Origin: Poseidonia sp.
Lineage (GTDB): Archaea > Thermoplasmatota > Poseidoniia > Poseidoniales > Poseidoniaceae
Direction: 5' to 3'
Assembly: GCA_034402455.1 (NCBI GenBank)
Contig: DASCRS010000036.1
Coordinates: forward strand, 1 to 28,323
DNA: 28,323 bases
Positions 7,843 through 14,799 of the stretch are shown here, piece after piece. Both the position numbers and the translations under genes were made by a program. How positions within the stretch are numbered: position 1 is the first letter of the stretch; each line of letters opens with the position of its first letter. Under the pieces are notes generated by a model. The model made no database searches. It worked only from the letters and a program-made list of their open reading frames with translations, and was not told the DNA's origin.

Positions 7843-9253
7843 CTTCATCGTAAACGGTGGTGTTTTCCGCACCAGTCACAGAAATAATGCCTATGGCTCC
7901 TTTGTGGAAGGCACGTGTAAGGGCGTGGTCAACCAAGATGTAGTTCGCAGGAACTTCAAAGACAAGGTCAACAATAACAGCTCCACCTGGGGCAACTATA
8001 ACGGTTTGAACGCTTTCCAATGGAGCACTTTCGGTGCTTGCTAGATTGTAGGCTCGGTCGAAAATCTCACCAATGACGTGGAATGATGAAATGGTATTTG
8101 GACCTCCAACTCCGAAATAAATCCTCATTGATTCTCCGACATTTGCTTTGATGGTATCATCTCCAGTGAAGGTTGCAAATTTGCCATTGAACACGACGTA
8201 GGTTGGGCGTTCGTCAAAGAGCGCATCAACATCCATTTCTTGATGACCTTCGGTGCCAGGGCGCCATTTTGTGTACAAATCGCCCTGCATGACGTAAATT
8301 TCTTTGTCGACTTCCGGCAGTGGAACTTCGGGTTCAATGTAGATCATTCCGTACATGCCTTTGCTGATGTGAGTTGGGATGTCAGGTGTCGCGCAGTGGT
8401 ACACATAGAGTCCAGAATGCATGGCAAGGAAGGAGAATGATGTCGATTCTCCTGGAGCGGTCGTCGTTGCTTCAGCTCCGCCTCCTTGTCCAGTTACAGC
8501 ATGGAAATCCACGTTGTGATGCATCATGCTTTCAGCACGATTGCTGAAATGAACAATTACAGTATCGTTAATTCGTGCTCGGAACATTGGCCCTGGTACG
8601 GTTGCGTTGTACGTCCAATATGTGAAGGTCGTACCAGGTTCAAGCTCTGCAGTGACCTCAACAGCCTCAAGATAGATGTGAACCGTGGTTGATGTGTTGC
8701 GCCCTGTTGGTCCAGGAATATCGTAAGGGTCCTTGGCGATATTGTCAACATCGACGGTCAATGCTGGGCCGATGTTTTCAATTAGCGTTGTACTTGACTG
8801 CCCAGAACCAACAATGAGCGTTCCGACCATTCCACCAGCACGGTGCCCTGCAATGCTACAAAAGTATGCAAATTGGCCCTGAGTATCAGCAACAAAGGTG
8901 ACAGAATCTTCAGATCCAGATTCAGTCAATTGTTTTGTCGCAACATCATAACCTTCTACGGAAATATCGTGAAGATTCATTTCACCCATTTCCAAGGTTA
9001 TGGTCACACGATCACCGGTTTGTACCGATAGTTCGGGGTTGACCAGGCCGTCGATGGAACCACCAACACCGATGTAGGACATTTCCTTGCCTTTGAGTGT
9101 GAATTCAACGTCATTGTACATGACTACGCATTTACCATCAACCAGCTCTGTATCCTTGCCACAGGTTGTCGTCGTTTCTTCGTCTCCCAAACAGCCAGAG
9201 AACCCAGCAGTTATCATCACAAGTATCATTATCATTACATTTATTTTTCTCAT
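7832..9253 (-). CDS. nirK: Copper-containing nitrite reductase, lipoprotein, with an extra N-terminal type-1 cupredoxin domain
   Basis: HNVDFH, YVYHC..PTH..KGMYG, SSFHVIGEIFD and LVDH give all T1/T2 Cu ligands plus the catalytic Asp and His. The N-domain has LHD..YFCSIAGHRAGGM. Lipobox-like FSGC. GAGGTGG site before the ATG at 9253. Confidence 0.93.
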   Translation of the reverse strand: MRKINVMIMILVMITAGFSGCLGDEETTTTCGKDTELVDGKCVVMYNDVEFTLKGKEMSYIGVGGSIDGLVNPELSVQTGDRVTITLEMGEMNLHDISVEGYDVATKQLTESGSEDSVTFVADTQGQFAYFCSIAGHRAGGMVGTLIVGSGQSSTTLIENIGPALTVDVDNIAKDPYDIPGPTGRNTSTTVHIYLEAVEVTAELEPGTTFTYWTYNATVPGPMFRARINDTVIVHFSNRAESMMHHNVDFHAVTGQGGGAEATTTAPGESTSFSFLAMHSGLYVYHCATPDIPTHISKGMYGMIYIEPEVPLPEVDKEIYVMQGDLYTKWRPGTEGHQEMDVDALFDERPTYVVFNGKFATFTGDDTIKANVGESMRIYFGVGGPNTISSFHVIGEIFDRAYNLASTESAPLESVQTVIVAPGGAVIVDLVFEVPANYILVDHALTRAFHKGAIGIISVTGAENTTVYDEDGE

Positions 9254-9297
9254 CGTAATACCACCTCTAGTGGTTGTTTCGTGGTCTGTGTTGGGTA

Positions 9298-9324
9298 TTA
9301 TAGCCCCGGCCACGAACATATTAG
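9298..9324 (-). promoter_or_regulatory. nirK promoter: CGAACATATTAG box plus TATA-like CTATAA
   Basis: Box at 9313-9324. Minus-strand CTATAA at 9303-9298, the same box-to-TATA spacing as at cox3 and the CBS gene. Confidence 0.7.
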
Positions 9325-9342
9325 GCGGAGGTGTACGATTCC

Positions 9343-11514
9343 TCACTCGCCCTCTTGGGCGAACGGGTGACCAATAGAATGGTCAAAATTATGAGGTGGT
9401 GGAGGGGATGAAACTGTCCATTCAAGGGTTGACCCATTCCATGGGTTTGGCCCTGCGATCTCACCGTGTTTCATACTGCGCCAGAAGTTGTAAAAGAACA
9501 ACAATTGCCCAGCAAAGACCACAAAACCACCAATGGTAGCAATAAGATGAGCGACTTCCCAGCCAGCTGATTCTTGATAGAAATATATTCTTCGGGGCAT
9601 GTCAGTCAGACCAAACAAGGGAATCCATGTGAGGTTAATTCCAATAAATGTAATCCAGAAATGGTACATTCCCAATTTCTGGTCCATCATTCGACCGAAC
9701 ATCTTCGGGTACCAATAGTAAATTCCACCCAAAGTCATGACTGCAACGGCACCCAGCGTATAGTGGAAATGCGCAACTAGATAATAGGAGCCTCTCAAAT
9801 TGACATCCATGGCGACACTTGAGAGGTAGACACCAGTAATACCTCCAACAAGGAAAATACCGATGGCTCCGGTCACGAAGACAAGAGGAAGTTTTTTCCA
9901 ATCTGGCTTTGAGCGATAAAAAGTTGCTAGCAAGGAGAGATAAATCAAACCGAATGGAACGCTAACAAGTTCCGTTCCAATGGTTTCAATTTTCCTGAAT
10001 GTAGGATTGATTCCAGTGATGAACATATGGTGTGCCCATACCAATACCGATATGATTGAGGCAACAACCAAGGAATAAATGATGATTTTTCGTCCGTAAA
10101 GTGAACGACGGACCGTGTTGGGGATAATTTCCATGGCCATTCCCAATCCTGGTAGGAGGACAATGTAGACCTCGGGATGTCCGAAGAACCAGAAAATATG
10201 CAACCACCATGTTGTTCCATCGATGCTTGGGTCAAAGAACATGGTTCCAAAGACTCGGTCACCAACAAGCATGAGCACCGCTGCCATGAGTGCAGGGAAC
10301 ACCGCGAGCATCAAAATGACGGTAAAAAGAATGTTCCATGTGAACATGGGCATCTTCATCAATGGCATTCCAGGTGTTTTCATTTGCAAGATTGTGACAA
10401 GGAAATTGACCGTGCTAAACGTGACAGAAAGAATCAACAAAACCAGCCCAGCACCCGCCAGACTTATTCCAGCACCAGGGCTGTATTCTATGCTCGTCAA
10501 GGGGCTATAGAACGTCCAACCAGCATCCGCAGCGCCACCAAAGAAGAATCCACTTGCGGCAACGAGGCCGCCAAAGAGAATCATCCAAAATGACATTGCA
10601 TTGAGACGTGGGAAGGCCATGTCCTTGGCTCCAATTTGAAGAGGGACAATGTAATTTGCAAAAGCAAAGGACATTGGAGATACGGCGAACAGAACCATAA
10701 CGGCACCGTGCATGGTGACCGCTTCGTTGAACAACCCTCCAGTCATGAAATCATTATCCGGTACGATCAATTGGATTCGGATGAGCAAAGAGAGCGCAAG
10801 TCCGATAATGGTGAACAAGAGTGTGGTCCAAAGGTAGAGCATTCCGATGTCTTTGTGATTGGTCGTTGTCAACCAATGCATGACTGTTTTTTTGTCCACT
10901 GCTGGGTTTCTGACCATAAGTACAACCACTGCTGCAACCAAGCCAAGGATGGTCAAAACAATGAGCCACCAAGCAAGATTTGTGAAATCAATGATTGGTC
11001 CGCCGTCGGAATTTAACCCTTCTACCAAGATTTCTTGGCTTGACCAAAGGTCTCCAGCAGAATTCAAACCGTCTCCGTCAACGGCGTTGCCGAATACTTT
11101 GAACGAAATGTCGTCGGTGTCATCAAGAGGAGCATTCCATTGAACTGTCCACTCTCTTACATCGTTCCCCTCAAGTGTATGAGTCATCTCAATTCCCTTA
11201 TTTGGGCCATCAATCACTCGCGTGTGGTTGTCAAGCGAAACAAATTCGCCCCCATCAGCATGCAGGTTGAATCCACCAGAGTTTGCTCCGCTCGCTTCAG
11301 GACCCCCAGTGATGTTGATGGTGAGTTCGTAGCTTTCGGAGCCGTTGTAAACGTCTGGTAATCCTGTGATGGTTACTGTCACATCGTTGGATGCACTTCC
11401 TCCTCCGTGGCATGTACATCCACTGTCGACATTAGCGATTCCGTTGGAAACACCTTCCATCGTAGGGGCAAATGCAATCAAAACAAGAATTGCCATTGCG
11501 AGTAAACGCTTCAT
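9343..11514 (-). CDS. coxA: Heme-copper oxidase subunit I (A1-like) with a fused N-terminal extracellular CxCH domain
   Basis: TMHG, KDMAFPRLN, GWTFYSPL, WFFGHPEVY, WAHH, AHFHY and MPRR. Signal peptide, about 160-aa domain and an extra TM helix precede the core. ATGA overlap with cox2; GGAGGTGG site upstream. Confidence 0.95.
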   Translation of the reverse strand: MKRLLAMAILVLIAFAPTMEGVSNGIANVDSGCTCHGGGSASNDVTVTITGLPDVYNGSESYELTINITGGPEASGANSGGFNLHADGGEFVSLDNHTRVIDGPNKGIEMTHTLEGNDVREWTVQWNAPLDDTDDISFKVFGNAVDGDGLNSAGDLWSSQEILVEGLNSDGGPIIDFTNLAWWLIVLTILGLVAAVVVLMVRNPAVDKKTVMHWLTTTNHKDIGMLYLWTTLLFTIIGLALSLLIRIQLIVPDNDFMTGGLFNEAVTMHGAVMVLFAVSPMSFAFANYIVPLQIGAKDMAFPRLNAMSFWMILFGGLVAASGFFFGGAADAGWTFYSPLTSIEYSPGAGISLAGAGLVLLILSVTFSTVNFLVTILQMKTPGMPLMKMPMFTWNILFTVILMLAVFPALMAAVLMLVGDRVFGTMFFDPSIDGTTWWLHIFWFFGHPEVYIVLLPGLGMAMEIIPNTVRRSLYGRKIIIYSLVVASIISVLVWAHHMFITGINPTFRKIETIGTELVSVPFGLIYLSLLATFYRSKPDWKKLPLVFVTGAIGIFLVGGITGVYLSSVAMDVNLRGSYYLVAHFHYTLGAVAVMTLGGIYYWYPKMFGRMMDQKLGMYHFWITFIGINLTWIPLFGLTDMPRRIYFYQESAGWEVAHLIATIGGFVVFAGQLLFFYNFWRSMKHGEIAGPNPWNGSTLEWTVSSPPPPHNFDHSIGHPFAQEGE

Positions 11515-12245
11515 TGTGCACCACCTCCAGAATACCATTGGTCAAAATCGGATTTCTCCATAACTTCGAGTTCACCAATCATGACGGCATGGTCTGCCCC
11601 ACACAATTCATAACAACGAATTGGATAAGTTCCCGTTTCTTCAGCCAAAATCCATCCTATGTTTGGACGACTTGGGAGTGCATCAACCTTAATTCGGTGT
11701 TCTGGCAAGGCGAAGGAATGAAACACATCTCCGCCAATGACTTCGAACACGACTGGGGTGTCAACCGGGATTCGTAATGGTTCATCGGTGGCACTGGTGT
11801 AATTGATTCCATTGGGGTATTCGTATTCCCAATAATACTGCCATCCCGTGACTTGCACGGTGAACGATTCCTCCTCAAGTTCTGGTGTCTCAAAAAATTT
11901 GATTGAATCGAAAGTAACTGAAGAAAGGACGAGAAGAAATACAGTAATGATTACTGTAAGGCTCCATGAAAGTTTGACATTTCCTCGTTCAATAGGCATT
12001 TGTCCCAAGAAAGGAGCATCCGAAGGTTCGACTTCCACTTCAGTCGTTACCAACCAAAGGAAGAAACCGTAGACAGTAACGGCTACAATACATCCTAATG
12101 TCCAGTAAATCAAGAAGAGGTTGTCGTATACCTTGGCGTGTTCTCCAGTTCCAGGTTCTTGGAACCATTTGATGATTGAGCCAAAGGTCAGCATAAGAAT
12201 AACAATCGAGAAGAAAATGAGTCCAAATGCCCGTTTATTCTGCAT
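11511..12245 (-). CDS. coxB: Heme-copper oxidase subunit II, CuA type, no cytochrome c domain
   Basis: Two TM helices, GWQYYWEYEY, DVFHSF and CYELCGADHAVM. GGAGGT site and ATGA overlap with cox3. Confidence 0.95.
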   Translation of the reverse strand: MQNKRAFGLIFFSIVILMLTFGSIIKWFQEPGTGEHAKVYDNLFLIYWTLGCIVAVTVYGFFLWLVTTEVEVEPSDAPFLGQMPIERGNVKLSWSLTVIITVFLLVLSSVTFDSIKFFETPELEEESFTVQVTGWQYYWEYEYPNGINYTSATDEPLRIPVDTPVVFEVIGGDVFHSFALPEHRIKVDALPSRPNIGWILAEETGTYPIRCYELCGADHAVMIGELEVMEKSDFDQWYSGGGAQ

Positions 12246-13057
12246 CAGATAACCTCCACATATACAATCAAGAACAGCACCATCCAAACCACATCAACAA
12301 AGTGCCAATACCATACAATGGCTTGGAATGAATCCCTTCTTCCGTTGTCATAGTATCCTTTTTTGTGTAAGAAAGCGACCCCCCCTAAGGCAATGATTCC
12401 AACCAATACATGGAGTCCATGCAATCCTGTTAAGGCAAAGAAAGCGGTGCCATAAGGATGGTCTTTCCATGTGAACCCTGTATGCATATATTCATACAAT
12501 TGAATAGCCAAAAAGAGAGCACCAAAAGCGATGGTAATGTACAGATTCTTTCGAGAACGAACCAGTGAACCCCGGTCATGGGCGTGAAGAGAAAGGTGGG
12601 CTATGATTCCCGAAGAAAGCAATAATGCAGTGTTGAACATCACCAGCATCATGTTGTGGTGAATCTCTGCTGGTGGCCATGAAGATGAGGCGATTGCTCC
12701 ATCCCAAGAAACAGTGTGCCATTTCGCCCAAAACCAAAATGCAAAGAATCCCGCAAAAACAATGACTTCTGTGAGGATAATCCATACCATTGCCCACGAA
12801 GCATGGCCCATTTTGTGGGTTGAAATCTCACGAAATTGCCAGAGATCAACATCTTCTCTAACCCAAGAGAATATCGACCACACCAACATTGGAATTGCAA
12901 GGAAAGCGATGGGCCATATGAGTAAAGAAGCAAGTGTTAAGGTTACTGAAAGTGAAAAGATTAGAGGTACCAAACTGGAATGAACTTCTCCAGGTTCTCC
13001 GTGAGCATCCATGTTGATTTTCCAAAGCGATTCATTCGGTAAGTGTTCACCATCCAT
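12245..13057 (-). CDS. coxC: Heme-copper oxidase subunit III
   Basis: LTEVIVFAGFF, WPP, NTALLLSSG, FFALTGLHGLHV and YWHFVDVVW. Start 13057 is supported by promoter geometry. Confidence 0.93.
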   Translation of the reverse strand: MDGEHLPNESLWKINMDAHGEPGEVHSSLVPLIFSLSVTLTLASLLIWPIAFLAIPMLVWSIFSWVREDVDLWQFREISTHKMGHASWAMVWIILTEVIVFAGFFAFWFWAKWHTVSWDGAIASSSWPPAEIHHNMMLVMFNTALLLSSGIIAHLSLHAHDRGSLVRSRKNLYITIAFGALFLAIQLYEYMHTGFTWKDHPYGTAFFALTGLHGLHVLVGIIALGGVAFLHKKGYYDNGRRDSFQAIVWYWHFVDVVWMVLFLIVYVEVI

Positions 13058-13079
13058 GGATATTCCAGGGGAGAGAAGA

Positions 13080-13115
13080 ATATACATTGTAACACGAACA
13101 TGTAGGGGGGACATG
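13080..13115 (-). promoter_or_regulatory. cox operon promoter: CGAACATGT-N7-ACATG box plus TATA-like GTATAT
   Basis: Box at 13095-13103, 38 bp from the ATG at 13057. Second ACATG at 13111-13115. Minus-strand GTATAT at 13085-13080. Confidence 0.75.
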
Positions 13116-13143
13116 CCTTACCAGTGTTGGAGTTCCAAGATTC

Positions 13144-13737
13144 ATGAGGGCTGATACTTCAATTGTACTAAGCCTCTTGATTTTAGGAGCATTTCTTTCG
13201 CTTTCCCCACTAATCTTATTTGGCGACTCAGAGCAATTGAATACGGTCACACGAGACGATTTATCCGTTGAACAAATTTCATCATTAAACAATGGGACCT
13301 TCGCTAAAAGTCTCAAAGATAATGATGCCATCATCATTACATCGGCGATTATTGTCAAAGATTCCTTGTTCATCGCAGGTGAATTTTCTGGAGAAATTAC
13401 CATTGGAAATCAATCCTATCTCAGCCAAGGATCTTCGGATCTAATCATGGCAAGGCTTGCACCAAATGGAACATGGATTTGGGTTGAGGTTCTTGGGGGA
13501 GCTGGTAATGACCGTGACGTAACATTTGAGTACAAAAATGAACAATTATTCGTAAAGGGCTCAATTTTTGGTGAAATCAATACTACATCGGGTTATACGG
13601 TAGGCAGTGGAGAAAAAAATGGCCATGAAAGGATTATTGGAGAAATTTCAGTTGAAAACGGTACCTGGAAGTTGCTTACAGTTGACCCGTTTGGAGACCT
13701 AAGTGCGAACCCCTCTCTATGGTGCGGATGGCGATGA
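13144..13737 (+). CDS. Hypothetical membrane-anchored or secreted beta-rich protein
   Basis: N-terminal TM or signal helix. IAGEFSGEITIG..DLIMARLAPNGTWIWVEVLGGAGND resembles archaeal surface beta-propeller repeats. Confidence 0.7.
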   Translation: MRADTSIVLSLLILGAFLSLSPLILFGDSEQLNTVTRDDLSVEQISSLNNGTFAKSLKDNDAIIITSAIIVKDSLFIAGEFSGEITIGNQSYLSQGSSDLIMARLAPNGTWIWVEVLGGAGNDRDVTFEYKNEQLFVKGSIFGEINTTSGYTVGSGEKNGHERIIGEISVENGTWKLLTVDPFGDLSANPSLWCGWR

Positions 13738-13744
13738 TGGGCCC

Positions 13745-14167
13745 TTAGATGTGATCTAGAAGAGCCTCATTGTGAACGAAAGACCATCCATATGCATGGA
13801 AGTCCTTTTTGTCAATTTCTTCAATTTCGCAGCCAAGATGCGACCAAATCAATTCGATGTCGCCTCTTACTTCCATTCGATAAGAGATAATGTCCATCCA
13901 TTTTTTCTTTTGTGTAGTGTCCATCAGCAATATAACTCCGAGGTCTTCGTTAATCTCTTCAAGGGTTGAATGGATTGTTTTTCCTTTGATTTTCAATCCA
14001 TTCTTTGCTGGATCAACGATGAAATATTCCCAATTATCTTTCTCCAATTTTGTGATGATTGACAACCAAGAGTGGTGGTCAATGTTTGAATCGCCAAGAA
14101 GGGCAATTTGCTTCAAACTACGAGCATATTCAATGATCTCATTCGGAAGAAGGTGTTGGTGGGCCAT
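13745..14167 (-). CDS. Divergent CoA-binding (YccU-like) Rossmann domain protein
   Basis: IALLGDS, FIVDP, KGKTIHSTLEEI, IWSHLG and FVHN follow the YccU pattern loosely. Confidence 0.55.
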   Translation of the reverse strand: MAHQHLLPNEIIEYARSLKQIALLGDSNIDHHSWLSIITKLEKDNWEYFIVDPAKNGLKIKGKTIHSTLEEINEDLGVILLMDTTQKKKWMDIISYRMEVRGDIELIWSHLGCEIEEIDKKDFHAYGWSFVHNEALLDHI

Positions 14168-14217
14168 GAGGAGCGATTCTCTTTAGGAGCCTTGTATTTT
14201 TCACGAATATGTCCGTC

Positions 14218-14637
14218 TTATGGGAAATTTTTGTTTTGATTCATGTGCTCAAGAACCGATTGCAATGTGACCAAGCCCAGAATATTTCCATCTTGAATTA
14301 CTGGCAGGCGCTTTACATTGAATGCAGACATCTGCAAGTAGGCGTCATCAATCGTACACAGAGGCCCAATATGATGCAACGCTCTCAGATTAAATGAATA
14401 CAAGGGTCGTTTCCAAAAAGCCTTGATTTGAACCTCACGTTCTTCTTGTAAACGAAGCATTTCTGTTGAAGTGATTATGCTCCACGGACGATTATCTTGG
14501 TCCAAAATTACAAGAGTGCAAGTTCCAAGCTTGCCGATATAATCAGCGGCATCCAAGAAACATACATCAGATGTGATTAGAGGGGGGGAGCATGACATAA
14601 ACTCCCCAACCGTCAATTTATTGCTCAACCTTGGCAT
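14218..14637 (-). CDS. CBS-pair protein
   Basis: VGEFMS..PP, ..WSIITSTEML and AYLQMSAFNVKRLPVIQDGNILGLVTLQSVL form two CBS motifs. Confidence 0.85.
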   Translation of the reverse strand: MPRLSNKLTVGEFMSCSPPLITSDVCFLDAADYIGKLGTCTLVILDQDNRPWSIITSTEMLRLQEEREVQIKAFWKRPLYSFNLRALHHIGPLCTIDDAYLQMSAFNVKRLPVIQDGNILGLVTLQSVLEHMNQNKNFP

Positions 14638-14659
14638 GGCGTGTGAAATTAAACCTAAG

Positions 14660-14693
14660 ATATAGACTTGAAAGCGAACATGTCCAACTTACA
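14660..14693 (-). promoter_or_regulatory. CBS gene promoter: CGAACATGT-N7-ACA box plus TATA-like CTATAT
   Basis: Box at 14675-14683, 38 bp from the ATG at 14637. Minus-strand CTATAT at 14665-14660. Confidence 0.75.
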
Positions 14694-14799
14694 AGGCTTG
14701 TTCTCTTGAGAATTAGTTCAATTGACATAATTGACAAGCGGAGAGCGACGGGCGAACCTTCAAACACCCCCTCCCCCCAAACTCTAGATGGAGAATAGC

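Noticed and set aside
9254-9346. 31-aa N-terminal extension of NirK in the ORF track
   Set aside because: It spans the promoter box and TATA. The RBS and signal peptide point to the ATG at 9253.
9696-9707. CGAACATCTTCG, a perfect CGAA-N4-TTCG match inside cox1
   Set aside because: It encodes the conserved PKMFG peptide and has no downstream TATA or gene start in the expected geometry, so it is most likely a coding coincidence.
11407-11418. Calling the CTCH domains cytochrome c
   Set aside because: The spacing is CxCH rather than CxxCH, the domain looks beta-rich, and no maturation genes are in the window.
9343-11514. Calling subunit I a nitric oxide reductase outright
   Set aside because: HPEVY with the cross-linking Tyr, the D-channel, CuA subunit II and subunit III are all A-type oxygen reductase features. 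NO reduction remains only a hypothesis.
5950-14693. The recurring CGAACATGT motif as a CRISPR or REP-type repeat
   Set aside because: Copies are short, kilobases apart and tied to gene starts, with no repeat-spacer periodicity.
5197-14787. The respiratory cluster as a mobile island
   Set aside because: No integrase, transposase, tRNA or flanking direct repeats were seen. Horizontal origin needs phylogeny and composition statistics that I cannot run.
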